Assembly: GCA_965249625.1 (NCBI GenBank)
Contig: OZ252246.1
Location: 2,706,236-2,770,235 of the forward strand
Origin: Nitrospinales bacterium
GTDB taxonomy: Bacteria; Nitrospinota; Nitrospinia; Nitrospinales; VA-1
Reading direction: 5' to 3'
DNA length: 64,000 nt
Shown: positions 17,259 to 25,245 of the stretch, piece by piece
Numbering within the stretch: position 1 is the first letter of the stretch
Layout of the letters: the number at the start of each line of letters is the position of its first letter
Made by a program: the position numbers and the translations under genes
The notes under the pieces: model-generated
Database searches by the model: none
What the model saw: only the letters and a program-made list of their open reading frames with translations
Told to the model about the DNA's origin: nothing

Positions 17259-18230
17259 ATGATTCAAAGACCGCGCAGAAACAGATTGAATCCGGCTGTT
17301 CGTGGGCTGATCCAGGAATCGCAAGTGACCCCGGCCAACCTGGTCTGGCCCGCTTTCGTGCAGGAAGGCAAGAACCTTCGTACTCCAGTCGTGTCGATGC
17401 CGGGCATCTCAAGGCTTTCCATCGACCAGCTTGCCGCCGATTGCCAAAAGGCCTTTGAACTTGGAATCCCGGCGGTCGCCCTCTTCCCGGTTTTGGATGA
17501 ATCTTTAAAAAATTCCGAGGGCAAGGAAAGTCTTAATCCCAGCGGACTGCTGCAACGCGCGGTGAAGGAGTTAAAGAAAACCATCCCCGGTATGCTGGTG
17601 ATCACCGATGTGGCGCTGGACCCTTATTCCAGTGACGGGCATGACGGACTGGTTAAAGATGGAAAAATTTTAAACGATGAAACACTTCCCCTGCTTGCCG
17701 GTATGGCGGTGGCCCAGGCCGAAGCGGGAGCCGATGTGGTGGCGCCCTCCGACATGATGGACGGTCGGGTTGAGGCCATTCGCTGGGCCCTGGACGAGGC
17801 CGGGTTTGAGGATGTGTTGATCTGCAGTTACTCGGTGAAATATGCTTCGGCGTTTTACGGGCCGTTTCGCGACGCGCTCGATTCTGCTCCGAAAGAGGGC
17901 GATAAAAAAACCTATCAAATGGATCCAGCTAATGCCCGTGAAGCGATACGGGAAATCATATTGGATGAAGAAGAAGGGGCAGACTGGTTGCTGATCAAAC
18001 CGGGCCTGCCTTATCTGGATATCATCCGATTAACGCGTGAGCATTCGGCACTCCCCATTGCCGCCTACCACGTCAGCGGAGAATATGCCATGCTGAAAGC
18101 CGCCGCCGAAAAAGGCTGGCTCGATTATGACAGTTGTCTGATAGAGTCGCTCCTCAGTATGCGCCGTGCCGGAGCGGATATGGTCTTCACCTATGGTGCT
18201 ATCGACGCCGCAAAAATTTTAGCGAGATAA
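17259..18230 (+). CDS. hemB: porphobilinogen synthase (delta-aminolevulinate dehydratase)
   Basis: RPRRNRLNPAVRGLIQE..., active-site region SDMMDGRV, YHVSGEYAM. Confidence 0.93.
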   Translation: MIQRPRRNRLNPAVRGLIQESQVTPANLVWPAFVQEGKNLRTPVVSMPGISRLSIDQLAADCQKAFELGIPAVALFPVLDESLKNSEGKESLNPSGLLQRAVKELKKTIPGMLVITDVALDPYSSDGHDGLVKDGKILNDETLPLLAGMAVAQAEAGADVVAPSDMMDGRVEAIRWALDEAGFEDVLICSYSVKYASAFYGPFRDALDSAPKEGDKKTYQMDPANAREAIREIILDEEEGADWLLIKPGLPYLDIIRLTREHSALPIAAYHVSGEYAMLKAAAEKGWLDYDSCLIESLLSMRRAGADMVFTYGAIDAAKILAR

Positions 18231-18289
18231 GGCCCCCGACCAAGTTTCTATAGCTCATTCAGTCCAGCGTCACGCTGGTAAGAGGCACC

Positions 18290-19117
18290 GTGTCTAAAAC
18301 TGATTACTGGGTTCACGATCTGGACCCGTTTCTATTCCAATTCACAGAGACTTTTGGCATCCGTTATTACGGGCTGGCCTATGCGTTAGGTTTTCTCGCC
18401 GGGATGTGGTTGCTGCACCTTTTTTGCAAGCATGGTAAAGCAGCGCTCACGCCCGAACAACAGTCGCTCACCATCACTGCCATGATGGTCGGGGTTTTGC
18501 TGGGCGGACGTTTGGGGTACTCACTATTTTACGCGCTCGATGATACCTTGCGAAGACCCTGGATCATTTTCCAAATCTGGAAAGGGGGAATGGCCAGTCA
18601 CGGCGGGTTCATTGGTGTGCTTGTGGCCTGCTGGTGGGTGGCAAAAAAACTGAAGCTTTCTTTTCTGCAACTCGGAGACTTGTTGTGCCCTTTGGTGCCG
18701 CCGGGAATTTTGCTGGGACGCATCGCCAATTTCATCAACGGGGAACTGTGGGGCAAAGTCGCTCATGTTTCCTGGGCGGTGATCTTTCCACAAAGTGCGA
18801 TGCCGGGAACTCCTCTGGAACAAATTGCCCCGCGTCACCCCTCGCAACTTTATGAAGCCGGACTGGAAGGAGCCCTGTTGCTGATGTACAGCCAGTGGCG
18901 GTTGTGGAAAACCGATGCTCTGAATCACCCCGGCAGATTGACCGGCGAGTTTCTCATGATCTATGCGGTGGTGCGCGTTTTCGGCGAACAGTTCAGAGAA
19001 CCCGACGCCCCACTCATTATGGACCTCAGCCGAGGCAGTTTTTACAGCCTGTTCCTGCTCGCAGGAGGACTTTACCTGGTTCTGTGGTCCCGCCGGGCAA
19101 CGCCCGGTAGTAATTAG
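18290..19117 (+). CDS. lgt: prolipoprotein diacylglyceryl transferase
   Basis: GTG start. IRYYGLAYALGFLAG, GGRLGY, GGMASHGGFIG, GRIANFINGELWG. Confidence 0.92.
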   Translation: MSKTDYWVHDLDPFLFQFTETFGIRYYGLAYALGFLAGMWLLHLFCKHGKAALTPEQQSLTITAMMVGVLLGGRLGYSLFYALDDTLRRPWIIFQIWKGGMASHGGFIGVLVACWWVAKKLKLSFLQLGDLLCPLVPPGILLGRIANFINGELWGKVAHVSWAVIFPQSAMPGTPLEQIAPRHPSQLYEAGLEGALLLMYSQWRLWKTDALNHPGRLTGEFLMIYAVVRVFGEQFREPDAPLIMDLSRGSFYSLFLLAGGLYLVLWSRRATPGSN

Positions 19118-19164
19118 CAAAGCCACCTTTCTCTCGACAGGGAGAAGTTCAATCCCCCCCCCCG

Positions 19165-19294
19165 AGAGAGCTTTGCATAACCCGAGATCCTTCGTCGTTT
19201 TCGGCTCCTCAAGGATGACAAACCGGCGTTTCTTGTCATTCTGAACATAGTGAAGAATCTCGTCTTTACCCTTTTTCGACTTACGCAAAGGTCT
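19165..19294. mobile_element. MITE copy with 9-bp TSD CCCCCCCGA
   Basis: GAGAGCTTTGCATAA...TTACGCAAAGGTCTC with a central GGATGACAA...TTGTCATTC hairpin. Flanks 19156-19164 and 19295-19303 are identical. Confidence 0.8.
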
Positions 19295-19305
19295 CCCCCC
19301 CCGAG

Positions 19306-19635
19306 AGAGACCTTTGCATAACCCCGAGATTACCCTTGCGGGGCACGAGGGCTAAGGAAGAGGACATCACAGGCTCCTCAAGGATGACAAACTGGCGTTT
19401 CTTGTCATTCTGAATACTTCGGCTTCGCTCAGCACAGGCTCCGCTTTGTCATTCTGAACGCAGTGAAGAATCTCGGGGTTATGCAAGGCGAGATGCTTCG
19501 ACAGGCTCCGTGAAGACGTGATATTTTTCCTTAACCTTCGTGCCCCGCAGGGGTATGTGATATCCTCTTCATTAAACTTCATGCCCCGAAGGGGTAATCT
19601 CGCTTTTCTGTTTTTTTCGACTTACGCAAAGCTCT
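19306..19635. mobile_element. MITE copy (330-bp composite variant) with 9-bp TSD CCCCCGAGA
   Basis: GAGACCTTTGCATAA...TTACGCAAAGCTCTC. Carries extra hairpin submodules and an internal partial duplicate of the core. Flanks 19297-19305 and 19636-19644 are identical. Confidence 0.8.
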
Positions 19636-19818
19636 CCCCCCGAGAAGGGGGGTCAGGGGGGCTAAACATTCACTCAGCTTTGGACTTCATCCCCATCCGA
19701 TTGCAACCCCGTTATAAACCGATACCACAATAGTTATAATAAAAATTTTATATAGTTATAAATACTAAACATACCAGATATAGGGTAGTTTGATTAAAAT
19801 CTCCGCCGATGATCCCGG

Positions 19819-19847
19819 TTGACAACTATATTACCATTAGTTATAAT
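19819..19847 (+). promoter_or_regulatory. consensus sigma70 promoter upstream of the wHTH-GHKL-STAS gene
   Basis: TTGACA (19819-19824), a 17-nt spacer, then TATAAT (19842-19847), 34 nt before ATG 19881. The -10 lies inside the repeated motif TAGTTATAATAAA. Confidence 0.65.
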
Positions 19848-19880
19848 AAACTTTATAATTAGTGGTAATATAGGGTTAAA

Positions 19881-20912
19881 ATGGTCAAGAATCAGGCAGA
19901 AGAAATTTGCGCCTATCTTTTAGCGAAAATACCGGTGCACCCGAAAAATATCGTCGCCAAAGCCTCGAACGCTTTTTCGTGCAGTCGCACCACCGTCCAC
20001 CGGCACCTGAACCGGCTGCTCCGCGATGGAGCGATCATTAAAACCGGCACCACGAGGCAGGTGCAATACTTTTTAAAGTCGGAAAAAAACAAACAAATTC
20101 TTGTTCCTCTGGAACCGGGAGTTGAGGAGGATAAAGTCTGGAAAGAAAACTTTTTGCAGGACTTTGAAACACTCCCCAAAAACGTGCGGAATATTTGTGA
20201 ATACGGTTTTCTGGAAATGCTCAACAATGCCATCGACCATTCAGAGGGAACAGGAGTAGTGATAAAAACAGAGTGGGCATCTGACTCAATTATGCTAGCT
20301 ATTCGCGATGATGGTGTGGGCATTTTTAGAAAGATCAAGAACGCGCTGAGCTTGGAAGATGAGCGCGAAAGTGCCCTGCATCTCTCAAAGGGAAAGTTCA
20401 CCACCGACCCGGAAAACCATACCGGAGAGGGAATATTTTTTTCTTCCCGGGCCTTCGACACTTTTCACATAACATCAAGAGGAATGGGTTATGCAAGAAA
20501 TAATTGGGATGAAGACTGGTTTGTGGAAACGACGAAGGATGAGAATGTACCCGGAACAGGTTTGATAATGAAAATCGCTCTGGGCTCAAAAAGAAAAATG
20601 CAGGAAGTTTATGCAGAATACTCGAACGAAGGTTCTGATGGAATTCATAGCTTTGACAAGACCCATATTGCTGTGAGTCTGAGCAAATTGGGTGATGAAC
20701 GCTATGTCTCGCGCTCCCAGGCGCGGCGCATCTGTTTGGGGCTGGAAAAATTCAAACATGTGGTTTTAGATTTTAGAGATATATCTACTGTCGGCCAGGG
20801 TTTTGTCGATGAGGTGTTTCGTGTGTTTCGGTCCAAATATCCGAGAATAAAGATTGAATACACCAATACTAATGGCGATGTCCGGTTCATGATTAAACAT
20901 AGCTTGCCCTAA
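19881..20912 (+). CDS. wHTH + GHKL ATPase + C-terminal STAS-like (DUF4325-type) protein
   Basis: N-terminal SRTTVHRHLNRLLRDGAI (wHTH). GHKL N-box EMLNNAIDHS, G1 RDDGVGIF, G2 HTGEGIFF. The C-terminal VVLDFRDISTVGQGFVDEVF is typical of DUF4325/STAS-like domains. Confidence 0.7.
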   Translation: MVKNQAEEICAYLLAKIPVHPKNIVAKASNAFSCSRTTVHRHLNRLLRDGAIIKTGTTRQVQYFLKSEKNKQILVPLEPGVEEDKVWKENFLQDFETLPKNVRNICEYGFLEMLNNAIDHSEGTGVVIKTEWASDSIMLAIRDDGVGIFRKIKNALSLEDERESALHLSKGKFTTDPENHTGEGIFFSSRAFDTFHITSRGMGYARNNWDEDWFVETTKDENVPGTGLIMKIALGSKRKMQEVYAEYSNEGSDGIHSFDKTHIAVSLSKLGDERYVSRSQARRICLGLEKFKHVVLDFRDISTVGQGFVDEVFRVFRSKYPRIKIEYTNTNGDVRFMIKHSLP

Positions 20913-21005
20913 TAGTGGCAGCGGATAGAGCGGTGGTCTTCTTCATTCTCCGATAGATGATTTTGATAATTCACATAAACTTTACTGGCAGGCTGCTTGA
21001 AAGAC

Positions 21006-23576
21006 TCATATAACTATGTAGTTTCTATCTTTCCATAGTTGTTCAATCTTATGCTCATCTTTTAACCGCAATAAGAAATTATGTTTCCATTCATCGTGTT
21101 TTATTAAATGGCTTCCTTTAGGTTCAATGAAAACCTGATAATGAAACGAGGGTTTATTATCTCCAATTAAAAACAATACAAAATCGGGTTCAAATGCACG
21201 TCCATCATCAAAATTAAATAGTTTGAAGTGTCGTTCATTGCGTAGTAAATAAACCTCTGAATATTTTTTATTCAATTGATCTACTATCTTGTCAATATAC
21301 TTGACCAGATGTTTTTCCTCAGAGGTTCCGTAGTTCTCGTTAAATACAAACCAATCCTTGCTGGACAAATCCATATTTAAATCCTGATTGGTTGTTTTGC
21401 TTTGCGCAATACCATATTCCTGATCGCTCTCGCCATCGTTGACAATATTGAGTGTTTTGTCGGTAAAAGTTTGTTTGACCATATAAGGCTTGAATTCCCT
21501 CGTGCCTTTATGCTCAACATTTTCAACCTGTAATTGACGACTCAATTTATCCAGCAAACGGATCACAATATCCAATTTACTCTCCTGGGTTAGATGGTTC
21601 ACCACATCATTAGAACCTTCAACCTCTACTTTGATCCTCCCCAGATAGTCATCAGAGTCAACGAACTCGGACAGGCTGTGCAAATGTGGAAACAGGCGTT
21701 TTAAATTTGAAAACTGATATTCAGGGAATTGGGCCAGTGCTTTTTTGATGACGCAGGAACCAAATGATTTTATAGAATAATCTTTTTGTGTTTTGTTGGC
21801 TTGTCGCTTTCCTTCAAACTCAAACAGGGTTGACGATTGTGAGTAGCCCGATGGCAATGAGATTTTATGTGTCGTTTGAATAAATGAAGCGGTAATACCG
21901 ATCACATCTTCACGCGCATATTTCACCCGCTCATTCTTGAAAACAAAACCCGCCTTATAAAATGGTTTCTCTTTGAAATCTGGTTTTAGTGTTAATTGCA
22001 GCTCACGACTGGTTTTTGCTTTAATACCGATTTCTTCTAAAGCTGTGTGTAACTCTTGAATATATCTGGGATTATAAGCACTGTGATAATATAGCTCCTC
22101 GCACAATTTTAAGTCATGTTCCTTTTGATTATTGAAAATATCATATTTACGCTGATGAAGCGGTTGATCATCTTCTAACCTGAAAGGGCAATATCTCGCG
22201 CCGCGCCCGATTAACTGCGCCTCTGACAAGGTTGTTTTACCCGGTTTGCCAGATTTTGCGTCGCGCGTATCGTACAGGCGTACAATATCAAACAGATTAA
22301 GTACATCCCAGCCTTCGTTCAGCTTATCGACTGCAAAAATAGCACGGTATTCATTATCCTTGTCTTCCAATGTGTTGACCGCAATCTGTTTCCGCACTGA
22401 TTCATCTTTGGAATTGACAGAGATACACTTGTTTTCAGCGAATTCTTCCTGTAATTCTAAAGCCAGATTGTCCAGTGTAATTTGGTTCTCTTCAAAATAG
22501 CGAAACACTCCAGCTAAAACAGCATCCAGATCAGGATTGCTTGCGATTTTTGCCAGATCGTTTCCTTTCAAGCCCTTTATCCGGGCAATAAATTCATCAT
22601 AGAAGGCGTTAGATTCTGCAATTGTTTTTGACTTGAGCAAAATGACAGGTTTTATCAGCCAACCGTGCTTTTCAAATATTTTCCGCCTGAACTGGCTCAA
22701 TAAAATGGCCTGTAATGCTCGTTCAAACGACCGGACTTCGGATTGTAAAACCTTTACCTCTTTAGAATACCCATCCACTCGGAACACCTTTAGCGGATAG
22801 TCAAAAATTATCTTATCCCGGTATTTTTCAATAATCTGTTCATGGGTTAAGTCCATAGTAGCGGTAAATTCCAGCAGGATATTTTGATTGTTGGCCTTGA
22901 ATATTTTTTCAACCGTGGATTCCCAGCTTGTCAAATCAAACATTTCAGATTGATTCAAGTCTCTGGCTCTTTTGGTTTCTGCATTGATGTGATGCGCCTC
23001 ATCCGAAATCAAGACGATTTTCCCGCTTTCAAAGTCATCAAAAGTAATACTGTTTTCTCGCGGCGTATGTAGGCGGGTATGTAAGCCTTGAATGGTTGAA
23101 AACACGATATTTATATCATCAGGGTTGGCCGCTTGGAAATTATCGACCTCCTTGATGCGTATTGACTGATTATTGATTTGTACCGATTCACTAAACAGAT
23201 ATTTTGAAGCAATCGTATTCAGGAAATTATCACGGGTTTTATTGATGATATTGGTACTGTTTACAAAAAACAGGAAATTGCGATAACCCTGATCATATAG
23301 ATAGAGCATCAAACCCGCCATGATCAGCGTTTTACCGCTACCCGTTGCCATGTGAAATAAGGTTTGTGTCGGTACACTCTTCGGGCGAGCGGGATAACTC
23401 TCCATGTAATACTTGAAACGACCAAAGGCTTCAAGCTGGTAGGGCCGCAATTCAAAGTCAGGGTTGAGGTTGCTGGCGATGCAATCGGGAATATTTTGTT
23501 TATAATAATCATAGCCGCCTAAAAATTCTGCGCCTGTGGTTAGTTTTTCGTGGAGCATTTTTTGTTCAGCCATCAA
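21006..23576 (-). CDS. res: Type III restriction enzyme Res subunit (SF2 helicase + C-terminal PD-(D/E)xK nuclease)
   Basis: Motif I MATGSGKT, motif II SDEAHH, later helicase motifs QLIGRGAR. C-terminal EPDFVLFL...VFIEPKG nuclease motif. The first ATG is at 23573 (TTG at 23576). Confidence 0.88.
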   Translation of the reverse strand: MMAEQKMLHEKLTTGAEFLGGYDYYKQNIPDCIASNLNPDFELRPYQLEAFGRFKYYMESYPARPKSVPTQTLFHMATGSGKTLIMAGLMLYLYDQGYRNFLFFVNSTNIINKTRDNFLNTIASKYLFSESVQINNQSIRIKEVDNFQAANPDDINIVFSTIQGLHTRLHTPRENSITFDDFESGKIVLISDEAHHINAETKRARDLNQSEMFDLTSWESTVEKIFKANNQNILLEFTATMDLTHEQIIEKYRDKIIFDYPLKVFRVDGYSKEVKVLQSEVRSFERALQAILLSQFRRKIFEKHGWLIKPVILLKSKTIAESNAFYDEFIARIKGLKGNDLAKIASNPDLDAVLAGVFRYFEENQITLDNLALELQEEFAENKCISVNSKDESVRKQIAVNTLEDKDNEYRAIFAVDKLNEGWDVLNLFDIVRLYDTRDAKSGKPGKTTLSEAQLIGRGARYCPFRLEDDQPLHQRKYDIFNNQKEHDLKLCEELYYHSAYNPRYIQELHTALEEIGIKAKTSRELQLTLKPDFKEKPFYKAGFVFKNERVKYAREDVIGITASFIQTTHKISLPSGYSQSSTLFEFEGKRQANKTQKDYSIKSFGSCVIKKALAQFPEYQFSNLKRLFPHLHSLSEFVDSDDYLGRIKVEVEGSNDVVNHLTQESKLDIVIRLLDKLSRQLQVENVEHKGTREFKPYMVKQTFTDKTLNIVNDGESDQEYGIAQSKTTNQDLNMDLSSKDWFVFNENYGTSEEKHLVKYIDKIVDQLNKKYSEVYLLRNERHFKLFNFDDGRAFEPDFVLFLIGDNKPSFHYQVFIEPKGSHLIKHDEWKHNFLLRLKDEHKIEQLWKDRNYIVI

Positions 23577-24055
23577 TCACCCCCACAAATCTTTTCTAAT
23601 AATGTCCAGCGCGTTTTGCCGCACACTTATATACTGAGATAGAGAAATGCATGAAACCTTATACTCTCTACAGCAACCAACCAGATTCTTCTGCTTATTC
23701 GGATTTTCCTGAGTTACCACAGTTAGCTCTCTTGATTGTGCAAGCGCAATAATCACTGGGTCAGCATTAACTCTGCTTTGTTTTTTCACTAACTTTGGGC
23801 ATCTATTGGCAATATCCGCAATATTGCCTTGTAGCCCAGGTTGCGTAGGAATGAATAAATTGGATTGTTTCTTGACCCACTCGGTCAAGGAGTCATCCAT
23901 TTTTTTTCGAGTTCTTGTTTTACTTCCACTGGAGCCTGGATAAACTGGTTCTCAGTATCTTTTTCGATGAGCTTGAAAACATCTTCAAATGTTGCGGGAG
24001 CATAAATTTCATGCCACCAGGCAATAAACGCGCTGGTATCAAATAGATAGCTCAT
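23577..24055 (-). pseudogene. DUF4411-like PIN-domain protein split by a frameshift in an A8 (T8 on +) run
   Basis: ATG 24055 encodes MSYLFDTSAFIAWWHEIYAP...ELEKK, then terminates after 4 more codons. The tracked ORF 23577-23900 (MDDSLTEWVKK...VNADPVIIALA...) continues in another frame. One extra A at 23900-23907 restores a ~159-aa protein. Confidence 0.6.
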
Positions 24056-25242
24056 GACACCCATCTATGCAGTGGAAATTGCAGCCTTTTGGACAACTTA
24101 CCAAGGTGTTTGAGTTTCATCCCCAATACATCATAAATCTCGGTGGCATTAACACTCCCCTGCTCATAAGCGGCTAATACGGTTTGAGTGAGCAAATTTC
24201 CGCAACGGTCAAGTACCTGCTTATCGGGAGGAGCAGCTCTAACGAAATCGGACCTGTTTTCCAGCCCTTTCAGATAGTGCCGCTTGTATTCATCAAGCAA
24301 CGTATCCAGCGTTGCCTGGCCGATAAGGCCCAGCGCTTTCAATTTCACCGCAATTGCGCTATGGCTTATTTTAAGATTAGAGGCCAGGGCTTGAATAGTT
24401 TCTTCAGGATTGCCGCTATCATTCCATTGAGTTTGAAGATAACCGTCATCAATAAGCACTCCGGAAGCAACGCGATTACACATCGTTTCTACAGGGTCAT
24501 AGTCCGCAGCTTCCTGTCTAAAATTTATTTGGGATACGCCGCTATTATCATCCAGTAACAAATGCGCTAATTCATGCACCAGCGTAAAAATGCGTCGTGC
24601 GGGGCTGTCTGCGGGATTGAGAAGAATTAAGGGGGAGTAGTTATCATAAAGCACCAAACCACTGTATTCATTACGGTCAATTTTGTGTGCCGCGTGGGTT
24701 CCGTTAGCTGAAACAATAACGCGTTTGGCTTCAATCTTTTCTGTCCAATAAGACAGGGCTTGTTTATCGTTTTCCATCTTCGAAATTTTTTGCCTGTCAA
24801 TCTTCAGCCATTGCACGACCCAATCCGCAATATGTTTTACATTTTGTTGACCAGCGAATGAGCCTAACCAATTCAAGGGGTTCGCATTTTCATTTTGCAG
24901 GTATTCCCGCATCCATGATTGGCGTTCACGCGCATCTCGTATGGCAGAGCAAAGCGGGTGGCTGTAAGGCTCTCGGGTTTCGGGGCGGCGAAAATCTTTA
25001 GGTTTCTCCTGTTGCCATTCTTCGGGAATGACTTTCAGGTAAAGAACGGGTAAGGAAACTTTATATTTATCCGCCAGCTTCCTGGCATTGGATAAACCTA
25101 TGCCTTCTTGACCGGATTCCCAGGCGGTTATCTTCTCAACGGATTTATTCAGTTTTTTTGCGGCCTGTTCGATGGACAAGCCGATATCTTCCCGCGCCCA
25201 ACGCAAGGTAGCAGGATGAACAGGGACTGTTTTTATTGCCAT
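24052..25242 (-). CDS. XRE-family HTH fused to ImmA/IrrE-type zinc metallopeptidase (COG2856)
   Basis: N-terminal LSIEQAAKKLNKSVEKITAWESGQ HTH. HEXXH motif in FTLVHELAHLLLDD. ATGA overlap with the downstream DUF4411-like gene. Confidence 0.8.
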   Translation of the reverse strand: MAIKTVPVHPATLRWAREDIGLSIEQAAKKLNKSVEKITAWESGQEGIGLSNARKLADKYKVSLPVLYLKVIPEEWQQEKPKDFRRPETREPYSHPLCSAIRDARERQSWMREYLQNENANPLNWLGSFAGQQNVKHIADWVVQWLKIDRQKISKMENDKQALSYWTEKIEAKRVIVSANGTHAAHKIDRNEYSGLVLYDNYSPLILLNPADSPARRIFTLVHELAHLLLDDNSGVSQINFRQEAADYDPVETMCNRVASGVLIDDGYLQTQWNDSGNPEETIQALASNLKISHSAIAVKLKALGLIGQATLDTLLDEYKRHYLKGLENRSDFVRAAPPDKQVLDRCGNLLTQTVLAAYEQGSVNATEIYDVLGMKLKHLGKLSKRLQFPLHRWVS

Positions 25243-25245
25243 GAC

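Noticed and set aside
18524-19288. 254-aa minus-strand ORF, plus smaller plus-frame ORFs within lgt
   Set aside because: It is antisense to a well-supported lgt and extends into MITE DNA. The composition is Arg/Gly/Pro-rich, typical of an antisense translation of a GC-rich membrane protein gene.
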